From Lytechinus pictus (lineage: Eukaryota): DNA of 64,000 nt. Where the stretch lies: positions 31,188,001-31,252,000 of the forward strand of contig NC_087251.1 of NCBI RefSeq assembly GCF_037042905.1, written 5' to 3'. Shown piece by piece: positions 40,042 through 52,300 of the stretch. Every line of letters starts with the position of its first letter. The first letter of the stretch is position 1. The translations under genes and the position numbers were made by a program. The notes beneath the pieces were generated by a model. The model did no database searches. It worked only from the letters and a program-made list of their open reading frames with translations, and was not told the DNA's origin.

Positions 40042-40530
40042 TAGTCTTGAGGACTCCCATGATGATGTTTTATCAATCTACTAATTATTTATAATCACGT
40101 AATAAGTTTTAATATTCATAAAATATTTTTTTTCTTCTATGAATTGTTTTTCAAAACGGCATCGTGCATCGAAAGTACGTAATACCTACGTAATACATAA
40201 GCAGTTCAAGGGTCGTAGCCATTGTATTTGCGTTGTTTACATGTGGAACGAGGGGGTCTTCGCGACATCAGTCTGGTAAGAAACCCTATTTTTTATACTT
40301 TTTAAGTGACCATTTGTAAAACCTTCCTACGCATTACGCGTGGGAAGGTGTAGAAATTAATAAAATAAACCTATTTCGTGCGATTCTAGTGCACAAAGAT
40401 GGATTTCCTGGGGAAATCCATCTTTGTGTACTTCCTTCGCTTACGTGTATATGAAAACCTGTTCAAGACTCCCATGATAGTAAGTATTTGTCAGATTGAT
40501 AAAACATCATCATGGGAGTCCTCAAGACTA
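40042..40530. mobile_element. MITE with perfect 38-bp TIR and 9-bp TSD (Mutator-like)
   Basis: TIR tagtcttgaggactcccatgatgatgttttatcaatct; TSD AGTCCATTC at 40033-40041 and 40531-40539. Confidence 0.9.
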
Positions 40531-42374
40531 AGTCCATTCACTGCCTTTTATTTCGTCAGCGGTGGTGACATCTTTCCACTCCCATTGACTTTGTACACAA
40601 CGAGCGCGCACACACGAGAAGAGAGGTGACAAATTTCACAATAAGGCCGCAAGTTATTGCCACTCATTCAATAAACAAGGAGTGGTTCATGAACAGTAAT
40701 TAAAAAAAAAATTAAAAATGTCAGTGATTTTCACTGACAGTGAGAGGACAGAATAAGCTACAAGTACAACATGTACGCCTACTGCCATGACTGCAATCCT
40801 TTAATTTATCTGATTTACTGCTCAATAGCAAATCAATTTAAGTTTAAAACCATAAAAAAACTTTTCATGAAACACTTCATTGAAATATGACGTTTTACTT
40901 ACCACCCGGTCCGAGTCAAGAATAACCTCGTTCGAAGGATGAGTGGAATCAACTTTAATTTTTTTAATATTCAAATTCCAATCAAAACAGATGAATTGAA
41001 GCACTTTGTACTAGACGACAGGTCAGTAGAACTCAACACTAGTCAGCTGAATAATCCAATTAACAATCAGGAATGTACAGTTATTTCGGAGTTATTTTCC
41101 GTTTGATTGGATATGATCATAATGAATGGGTGAAAATTCCAGGTAAGTTTCAGACTCAGAGTGGTGACATTCAAGCAAATACATGGGACTGTACCGGTAG
41201 TGTAGTGTAGCAAAAGCCTGGGAGTTGATTTTGACAAGTTCATCAATTTCTCGATGTAGTAAAGCAACTGAGTTATCTGCAAAGTTCCTCCTACTCAGTC
41301 CTAGGTATCTATGAATCAGCACAACGATCACATATTGGCAAAATCGCTATTAGAATTGTCAAAAGCGCAGCAATTTCAACGAAAAGTAGGCCTTTTCTCC
41401 ACACATTGGTCACCGCCAGTGCAGCTAATCCATCCCCCGGCGCGGGCGCGCCGCGCCGGGGCGCGGCGCCGGCGGGGGAAGGGGGTCTTGCAGTATATTG
41501 GCATACGAGGGTGTGCTCCGGGTGTGCTCTTAGAGGGGTTGGATAAGTGTGCCGCTTTAATAATACATACGCCACCTTTTTGTAAAAAAAATCCTGAAAG
41601 GGTATTAGTTTTGAGCTGGAAAATCCTTAAACATGGCCCATTCTTCGCTCTTCAATGATGACTTAAAAATTATCAATTTTTTCGTTAAAACATGGGTCTC
41701 TTTTGAGGAGAAAATCCTTAGTAATGGTTACCGTTTCTGCCCAAATTACTCTATATGTATGGGTTTCACTGCACATTTTTCTAAAAAGTATTCTTTCTGC
41801 TTCTTCCAGTGAATACTATACAAATAATGCATGCAGCCGAGTGCGTTAGTGGAAATGCAGAGCACGCGAGGTTTCTTTAGATAGGAGTCGCACTGTGCAC
41901 GAGCCGCTTGCGGCGAGTGCCCAGTGTGCTCCATCTGAAGAAACCGAGCTTTCTCTGCATTTACTTTTACGCACGACAGATCAAGTGCATTATTTGTTTT
42001 ATAAAATAGCAACACAGAAACAATTTTTTAAAAAGTTACAGTACAGTTTTGTTGGACTTCTACCGCACTGGTTTGCTCGAGCGTGCAATGTCAATTTTCG
42101 TTGCACACCTTTTTGCACTACCGTGCAGTGCACAAAAAAAGTTGGATGTCATGTGACGCGTATTGACCAATCGCGATGCTTGAAATAATACAGCTATTTT
42201 ATAAAAACATATACTGACTTCATAAATTTCATAACTGCACCATGCATGCACCCCGCCAACTCGGATTAGAACCCCCCCTGGATTAGACCAAATTTAGATC
42301 CTCATTAGACCACATTGTTATTAGACATAATTCGGGCCAATGGTAATAAGACAAATGAATGAAATGTGGGCCAA

Positions 42375-43262
42375 GGGGCAAGGGAGAATAGGGGATCGAG
42401 GAAAGGAAGGGGGAAGAGAAACAGAGGGAGAGAAAAGGAAACAGAGGAAATAAAAGGAAGGGAAAAGATGAAGAGAAAGGAAAAGGAAGAGCGGGGGGGG
42501 GGGGAAGAGATTAAAGAGAAAGAAATTGAAATTAAGGACCTCGGAGAAGGGAAAAAAAGAGGAAAGGGTTGGGACAAAACTTGGAAAGATAGGACCGATC
42601 AGCAAAAAAGGGAAGGAAGGGGAAATTAGAGAAATAGAAAGAAAAAGGAAGAGTGTAAAATTATCTTGCCTTTGGCAGGCGGGTATCGGGGGCATGCCTC
42701 CCGCCAAAAAAGGGGAGAAGATAAGGAAAATTAAGAAGTGACAAACTAGGGAACATCAAAATAAAAGTAAAAACAGGTTGGAAAGGGGGGAAATGAGAGA
42801 GGGAAAAAGAGCTGTGTCAATCGGCCTTGCACATACCCTCCTACATGAAAAAAATGAGTTAGATAGGGGCGGGGGGCGAACTACACAATGAAGGAATGAG
42901 GGGCAGAAACAATCTTATCCCACACTGCTTGCTTATCCCTCCCAGTAATTAAGATATATGCATAGAGCATAGAGGAGAGTAAAAGAAAATAGAGGAAAGG
43001 GAGGACGAAAAGAAGGGTAAAGAAGTAAGTAAGGAGGCCGAAGTGGACATAGTCCCCCTATAATTGGCAGTGAAAAATAGAGGGGAAGAGAGAGAAAAAG
43101 AAAGGAGGAAGGGAAAGGGGGAAGAGAAGGAGGGGAAAACAGAGAGACGAACAGATAGAAAGAGAGGAGGGGAAAGAAAGGAAGGATTTAAAGAGAGAAA
43201 AAGAAAAGGAAATAGGAAAGGGAACGGAAGAGACAGGAAATAAAGGGAAAAGAAGGGAGAGG
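42375..43262. repeat. Purine-rich (GA) low-complexity tracts
   Basis: Long stretches of almost only A and G on the + strand. Confidence 0.8.
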
Positions 43263-46200
43263 ATATAATTATCATTATTCTTAAATTCATTAAAATGCAT
43301 AAAATATCCAGTTTTGGGTTCAGTACATATGAAGTTTGTGCTTTGCACTCGCATTTGTTTGCTAATAATCTAATATAACTCATCCTGTTTGTGAATTCCA
43401 ACCTGAAGTACATCGGGTAAGTATATTACATAATTCTCTAATTACATATTATTCTCTTGAATAATTAGCATAGTTCAGAAAAGAACATATCTTTGTGAAA
43501 TAAAACATCGTTTGAGGTAACATTACATGGGCATACCACTTTTTCTAGTGATCATGAAGTGAACGAGAGACCCCCCCCCCATCCAACCCCGTCATCCCCA
43601 GTCTTTTTATGCATCAATAGCCCAGTTATATAAGGTTAAAACCCTATAAAACAAAAGGCTAAAGCGTACTTCATGTATTTACATTACACTCTTTGTTATA
43701 TTCAAGTTTGTATTGAAGCAAACATACAAATTTAACAAGATAATGCAAGTCGGGGGATATGAAAGGGGCATTATCCATTTATGAAAGACACAATAACATG
43801 AAAATGAGGACTCATATTGTGATGTTTTTGCTCAGTTTATTGGGCATTTATTCAACAAATCATATTGAACTTCAACCATAAATTTTGACTGCAATCCAGA
43901 CATACTATTGAAATCAAAGACTGTTCTTTACTAGCAATGGGTCAACAAGCAGTACTGTCAAACACACAATCATCCCATTACACTATTACAATCTAATCCA
44001 TATCGTATTCCATTAGTTGAAAAAAATGTGCAGTTATCTAATCTTATCATTCCACAACTGTCATCATGGCTTCCACATTACTATCTCTGCATTTATAGCA
44101 TTACATCATTCTAGTTATATAATAGTGAGTATTTATCCGAACATAAAAAAAATTAATTGTTGTGCAAACATGCAAGATGCCCATACAAAAACATACCTGT
44201 ATGCTCACATTCTATTCAATACCTGTACGGTATACACCAAGCTTAGCGATTGATCGCGGGGCTGACTTTAACAATTGATTATACACAATAACCATACAAT
44301 CAATCATTAGAAACATCAGACCAACGATCGATCGCTCAGCTGTGTGTTACAGGGCATGTGATCTAGGCTAATTCTTAACAATGAAAAAATCCTTTAAAAA
44401 AACTACTTTCTTCAACCATGGTTCCGTTTTGACTGGTTCAAGTGGAATATATACTGGATTATTGAATTATTATACCCTGATTAATGGTGGGTTTTAAGAA
44501 AAAACAGATCCTTTCTTGCTTTTGAACCTCCCATTCAATGGGAATGCTATCTTAAAGAATACATCTGACTAACAGATTTGCTGAATTACAAAGAGTTTGA
44601 CTTCTCATTTATATTTCACAAAACTACTTTAAATCATTACCAAAACATGGTAAATGCTAAACGTAACAAAACAAGTCTCATACAAACTTTTAAAGTTCAA
44701 CCTACAACAAAATTTGGATTCAAACATGCAAATATACCTTCATAAACAGGAGTTGTGAACATTTGGTTGCTGACTATCAATGCCAGATGTAAACAATTGT
44801 TTAAAATGTTCATGCCATCTATCGGTAGAAAAACTAATAACATCAATACGATGATATTCATTGAAAGTGCACTATTACAATCAATACACATTGATATAAT
44901 TACAAATTAATAAAAAAATTACACAATACAAACATAAAATGAACTATAAGTGCTGTCTTTCATTAAAACACTAAATCATTTCAACATAGGCAAATTCCAC
45001 TTATGTAAATTAATTTTGCAACATAATTAAAACATTTGACATGTATAACTTCAGCATACTTCACTGCATCAAAGTATTCAAATACTCTCTGGATGGATAT
45101 ATTTCCATTGCAATACTTAATGATCTTATATACCATATAAGGCCATTAGAAAAGCTCTATCAATAGGAACATATTATGTGATGCTATCAACTGTGCAGTC
45201 TGATTTTATTCACTTTTGAAATGTAGATGATATAAAAATAGTTCACTTACATTTCCTATCAATAAAAGATCTGGCCCCGTAACATATAGCTTAGTGATTG
45301 ATGATACACATTACTCTTAATCTTACAAATCAGCCAAACGATCAATCGCTAAGCTTTATCTTAGAGGGCCCTGATTTTTCTAAATCAGACAGATAAATAA
45401 TAATAATGATAATATTCCACTTTTCTGAAGTGCCAAAATACCCTATAATAAATCAGGATCATAAATCCTTATACTGTATAGACATTGCCATAATGAACAA
45501 AAATCGAAATTATGTCGAATACTTTTTGGCATAATTTTTTCTAATTGAAATAATGAGTTTACTTGGTATTCATAAAATATAACAAATCTAAATATAATAG
45601 CAATATATCACTAAGTCATTTCAAATGGTCTGTTTTTATCTAATTATTAGCCACTATGTAGAAAAATAGGATTATGAAGATGTTATAACTAAGAAAATCA
45701 ATTTCTATTACCATGAATTGCTATGCAACTGACAAAGAACATTTACAGTCAATATAAAATCTGAAACATAACAATTCTTTCACAACTCTCTAAAGATCTT
45801 AAATCTCTGTATATGATAATGTATTAGAAGCTAAAATCATTTTGCATAATTCCATTGATTTTCAAGGTACAGGCTATAGCATCATACAATGTATACTTTA
45901 TTACTAATATTAGCAAACAATCATTACATTACTAAAATGTACACAAATACAACATATCAACCTCAAAACTTTTAGACTATTTGAGACTATCACACTATCA
46001 TTCCATGCAAACAACACATACCTTTATAACATACAAGGAAACTATCTTCTACCACAAAATGCAGATGGCTTTGCATTATGTTTCTATTTTATCTTGAAAC
46101 AAAAGTGAAAATTTCTGAACTATTTCAAAGATCAACATATATTCAAATGCACATGACACAGGTTGTCTGGCACTGAACTTATATCTTTAAAATATTTTTG

Positions 46201-47361
46201 CGGTTATATAGACAAGCATCTGTGATTCCAACCAATGTCCAATCGTCAAGCGGGTCAATATATATATATATGATATACATATGATTGTGTGATGTAATTG
46301 ATTAAACTGGAAGCACAAGGTATTTCAGCATATCTCTCAAACAAATAGGATAGCAAAAAACAAATATTGTTACTTGTCAATGTATGTATATTCTATTTCA
46401 TATCTCTGTCATAAAATACATCTCCCCCACATGTGAACAAGGTAAAAGTCTCTATTATACATGTAGAATGTTAAAGTAAAAATAACAAGCTATAATTTCA
46501 AATGGACATATTTCTTATTGCTTATATTTCACTCCCCAACTTTTCATTTATGAACCTTACTGAATCATGATGATAACCTGAATTATATAAACACCTATAT
46601 TCAGATATAGATGTATCTTCATTTATATTATTAAAACTCAGTAGTCTTTTGGAAAGAACATAAATATTACAACTCCTAATAAATTTATCTTCTTTATAAT
46701 TTGGTCTACATGAAGGAGTTGCGGTTTAATCACCAAATAGCTTTCAGAGGGGGTCTACATCGGAACTAAAAAAAAAAAAACTTAGATTAAACACAGGCTC
46801 TAATAATAGTAATAGATATTCAAAAATATTCATCACAGTATTCAGTGTGTAATGTTGTGTTTGAAGCTCAACAAATTTACCAAACATGACAACCCTTTTT
46901 AACAATGATATTTGTAATCCTATTTTTTAAACTTAGTACATGTTAAGTTAAAGCTACTTATTTAAATATAATTATGTAAATACCTGATTATGGTATTATA
47001 CTCTAAGTCCCAGTGTACTCAAAATTATACAAACTATAAAAACTCAATGGCATAGTCATATCTTAACTGATCTCTTTGATCAACAGGTTGAATACGGACA
47101 AACCTTGAAGTGTTGATCACCAACCTAGAACACATTCTCATTAAACCACCCAAATGCATCATATGCCCTCATATCTACATCACGATCGTAGGGGTAAAAT
47201 CTACCATTTGCAAAAGTCAAACTTGATCACATTGTGGAATTATATATGATAACCATACATCAGGATTCATTTGCTGATGGGTGCAAAACTATATTTCAAA
47301 CTGATATTTGCCATACTTGACACCAAACTGACATGCTATTGATTTATATATATATAGTTCA

Positions 47362-48122
47362 GGGGCCGTATTCTGAAAATTGTCTAAGAGAAATATTCTT
47401 GTATCTTTGGAGTTACAATAAAATCCGTATTCTGAAAATTATTGTATCTTTTCTTGTAACTTTCACTGAGCGCGTATGATGTCAGAGCTATAATGATGCA
47501 TAAGCCTAAATACCTACGTGTGCAAGATAATATATAGAGATAAAAGTTATTCTGAAAATTCTCTTATCTTTGCGTTCTGTTAACTTTCTAGCAAAAATAC
47601 AAGAAAATTTACAAGAGGTAGGGGGCTATTGTAACTTAATGTTGCATGCGATATTTCTAGATCAAAATAATAAATTCTTGCTGCACCCCGCAAGAACATC
47701 ATGTTTTACTGCAGGAGACATTCCGAAGACATTACAGGGACGGATTGGTAGACTTTTCAGCAATTAAAAATTGGTAATTGAGATGATGAATCTTTTCAAA
47801 GAAAATATGACTGAGATCAGCCATGTGCATTTTTAGCACAGTGGCGCACATGCATAAGCGTCGGGGGCGCAAGGAAAATACGCCTCGTGTCAACAATGCG
47901 CTTATAATAATATTCAGAAGAGACACTGCTATTGGTTGGCCTAAGCATATAACAACTTTATTGATTGGTTGATGACAGAATATTGGGCGTGTGAGAGATA
48001 AAATAGAGGACGTCCTTACAGAGATAAGACAATTTTCAGAATACCTATTTAAGACAATTTTAGCGAGCTGTTATCTTGCTGAGTTACAAGAAAAGTTAAG
48101 ACAATTTTCAGAATACCACCCC
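47362..48122. mobile_element. MITE-like element with repeated subterminal motif
   Basis: gtattctgaaaatt repeated at the left end and aattttcagaatac repeated at the right end; ends gggg.../...cccc. Confidence 0.7.
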
Positions 48123-48690
48123 AGGAAATTGAAAGATAAAAAAAAATCTGATCATGGTTTCACACATTTCTTCATTCTATTTTTATTTCTCATCAGATCT
48201 CTTACAAAGTTGATATTGTCTAGAAATATAGTCATTGTGACATTCTGAATATTAAAAAATTGAAGATCTGAGAATTTCAGCCAACAGTATCGCATTCTCG
48301 GTACAATTCATCTTAAAAAAAGTATCTTCTTTGCATAAAAAAATAATAAAAAGTCCTATTATTTCTTTACCTGGTAATACATTGTAGTAAATATTCAATA
48401 ATTTTACTTCTAATGAAAGATTTGTGATATGAATAGATTTTAGAAATAAATACTGTGATAAAGTGCCAACAGGTGACATCAACATTTGGAAACTAGTGTT
48501 TAACACAAAACTATATCTACCCTTGGAAGATATGATACATACAGACAGTGGGGGATTTGGCAGTAATCAAACAGTGAATATAGATCCATATATTGCTAGC
48601 ATGGTGTTAAGGACGACAAAAGGATTATATCAAATTGCGATAATGTCTTGTATTACGTGGGTAATGGATATATCATTTATCACCATAAAT

Positions 48691-49085
48691 TAGGGCTGCA
48701 CGATACTTGAGTATTTGGATATCGTCAGCTGGGAAAAAACCCCACAAAATAGTGATATATCATCCCAAATGAATAATGGTCAAATGTTGTGGAGTTATGC
48801 TCACATACTACTTTTTTTTTCTATGACTACGACTGTTTAGGATGACATTTTTATGACCCTTTTCTAAGGACCCTGGTGAATTTAGTTGGAGCAATGGGAA
48901 TAATGGAAGAATTTAATAGCATTTCAAGAAATATTTCTTATGTGAAACAGATTAAAACCTCAATGATTAAAATTACTGTTAGAGGCGATATATCATGGAC
49001 CAAATATCGTCCATTCACTGGAGTATCAATGTCACAGTATATCGATAATATTGTCATATTAACCGAGAATTATCGTGCAGCCCAT
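48691..49085. mobile_element. hAT-like MITE just downstream of the phosphorylase stop codon
   Basis: tagggctgcacgata / tatcgtgcagccc termini. Confidence 0.6.
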
Positions 49086-49140
49086 CTATAAATGCAATAA
49101 AAGTGAGTAGCAAGATGAAGTGGGTCGGTAGATGAGATCT

Positions 49141-49302
49141 TTATGCCTTTCTAACTGGTTCTTCATGAGGGTCAGGAAGCTTAACTGGGTTTGGTTTGAC
49201 ATCCCATATCTCTTCAGCGTACTCTTTGATGGTACGATCACTCGAGAACTTACCAGACGACGCTATGTTATGAATGCACTTTATCGTCCATTCCTGTTGA
49301 TT
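49141..49302 (-). CDS. PYG: Glycogen phosphorylase last coding exon (162 nt to stop)
   Basis: ag|[53 protein letters not shown]. Confidence 0.93.
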   Translation of the reverse strand, partial: NQQEWTIKCIHNIASSGKFSSDRTIKEYAEEIWDVKPNPVKLPDPHEEPVRKA

Positions 49303-52300
49303 CTGTTGATAAATATAAATAAAGTACCCTCAATATCAATAAGTGCATTTTAAAGATTCTATTAAAGGCATTGAGTATCTCGGTTTCAAAATAAAAATTA
49401 CAGATTTGGCTGTTAATTAAATTATGATTGCAACCCTTGTTAGACAAATGGTGAGAGGTTTATAATCCAAGCTGTCAGTTATTCATCAAGGTATCTAGGA
49501 ATTTGTGATAAGGGTACCACTATTACCTCTAAGAACATTTCCTGCATGAATGTTCTCTGTGTGTTTCATGATGCTACATGTACACTGCACTGCCCACGCA
49601 GTGTGCCTACTGGATGAGCTCGGGCATGGAGTACGGTGATCCTCAATTATATCTCGACTGTTTAGATAATTAATGACTTCCAAATTGTCTAAAATGCTCA
49701 GGGGCCTGACACACAAAGCTTAGCAATAACAATTGTTGAACATTTTTCTACAATTGATTGCATTGACTACAATGTACAATCAATCGTAAAAATGAAGTGT
49801 ACAATTAATCGCTAACTTTTGTGTTATGGGACCCAGGTGTTCTTGATTAGACACTGGGAAGAGATAAAGTACACCATAGGGGTTGGGAATAATAAAAAGT
49901 TGAATATTTGATGAAATTAAGCAAATGCTTATATGACTACTTACCATGTAGAGTTCACTAGCACGGCTCTGTGCTGCGAGATAGGACTCAAAGTCTGCTA
50001 GAAGCATGTACCTGATTAATAAAACAATCAATAATAAAACATAATAATAATGTTTTATCTACCCAGGGTAGCCACTTCAGTTAGGAAACTGCTCTACCAG
50101 TGAGCCCTGCATTACATACTATATCATTATTACTCTTCTCCAATCTAAATGCTGAGCGCCAAGCAAGAAGGCAGAAGGTCCCATTTTTTCTTCGGCCGAG
50201 GATCGAACCCACGCCCTCCCGTTCATGAGGTGGACGCTCTACCACTGAGCCAGCATGCCCAGTGTCCATTGAGACACTCAGTAAATCTTTAATACTTTCA
50301 AACTAGGGTTATTTTACAAATCTATTCAATTAATAGGAGATGCTGTATGAATTTGAATGATTTGCAATTTTCTTGTCCACAACATACTTTTCAAAATATA
50401 TTTTCATCTAAATGATTAACTGTGAGTCAGTTATGAAGACTTTGAAATGTTTTTTTTTAAGAAAAAAAATTGATATGGATTAGCAGATATAAATTTATAA
50501 AGATAAAAAATGTATTACCTATGTATCTATTGATATATTGTCAATTTATAGATCCATTGAAATATTTCACCTTATGCGAATAGACAACCGCTTGTGGGTA
50601 ATTTGGTAAATCTTGCTAGAAATGGATACAAAGGGGGTTAAGAAATAACTTACGTGTCATGATTTAGAAGTGAGTTGACAATATCATGGAAAGCACCTGG
50701 ATCATTTGGTGTGAAGAAACCGTCTCTGATCTGGTCTATAGCTTGCTTCAATTCACCATTCTTCTCATAGAATTCACGGGGATTATACCTTCAAAGAAAT
50801 AACAACATCACTTAAACTATTCGTTTCCGAATACCCTTGTAATATGGAACGACAATCTAACTGCATGCCATATATGCCACATAGAACTAAACTCTTAATT
50901 CCTCCTGAATGTATAGTACACTTAATTAATTCAAGATATTATTTGTTTTCTCACAATTTAATATGCAAGGAGAAGTAACTTTCTGAACACATCTTAAGTA
51001 AAACTTCTTTCAATGTGTATAGAATTAAAAAACAATCTTTTGTACTCTCATTGTCATGAACCAACTCCATAAGTTGGTGCTCTTATGGGGCAATTAATAA
51101 AACCATAAAATACCATACATATGAGTTATGGCACTTTAGGCAAGTCGAAAACAGCCATTTAAATTTTTTTTGTACCAGCTAAATATAGGTGGTTTTAATA
51201 ACAAGTGGAACGCCTCTGGCAGTCTCGCCTGCATTACGCGATTTAATATAGCAGCAGTGCTAACTTTGAAAACTACTATAAAATAATCATTCACAAACAC
51301 ACCATTCATATAATGACATAATACCACGTTCATTGACCATAGATGACATTTGAACGGTGACTTAAGACTTGTCAAATACACCCATGTCCACATTTCATTC
51401 ACTTTATCCATAAACTTTCAAAGTTATGATGGCAATTCAACAATTACCCCAACATGGCCTAAGTTTATTGACCTTAAATGACCACTGACCTTGGTTTTGT
51501 GACCTGAAACTCACAGGGGATGTTAAGTGATACTTGATTACTCTTATATCCCAAGTTCTATGAAATAGATCCATAAACTTCAGAGTTAGGATGGTAATTC
51601 AACAAAGACCCCCAACACGGCCAAATATGCAGGCGAGACAAAAACTATAGATCAGAGGACAAGCATATTGGCTCAAATTCATGAATGTAGTTTAGGTTAA
51701 CACATGAATGAATATGTGTCACAGCATGTAATATAACACATCATTTTATAACTAATGACACGATTTAACCCTGGGTCAATCAAACCCACTCACTTAAATG
51801 GCCACAGGTTAAAACTTAACCAACTTTCTTGAATTGGAGCCATTTAGTTCAATGAAATGAATGAACTTACCCGGGCTTTCTTTTGTTGACCTCATCCACT
51901 GTCATACCAAAGATGAAGATATTCTCATCTCCCATCTCCTCTCTCATTTCAACATTGGCTCCATCCAGGGTGCCGATAGTCAGACCTCCATTTAACTAGA
52001 TAACAATAATAATGATTGTATTAATAATACTGTGTGTTTATTGCACATATCACTACCTGAGCACCTCAAATCATTGAAAACATTCAAGAATGCATCTAAA
52101 TTCAACTATAATAATCACATTTCTACAAAACTTAATGCATCCCTTTCTCTGTTCATTCAAATTTTAATGTTTAAAACACTGTAGGAAGAACCGTGCAAAT
52201 CTGTGAACATATAGCAATTTGGCCTGCTACATCCAAAATACTTTGACTTTAATTAACAAACCATTCTATAAAACCTTTATTACAGTTGGAGTTGGGTTTG

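Noticed and set aside
42305..43413. Lys/Arg/Glu-rich and Phe/Ser/Leu-rich ORFs
   Set aside because: Arise from GA-rich low-complexity DNA that lacks stop codons by composition.
50190..50263. tRNA gene candidate
   Set aside because: A and B boxes are present but I see no proper acceptor stem, and it continues into a SINE body and ATT tail.
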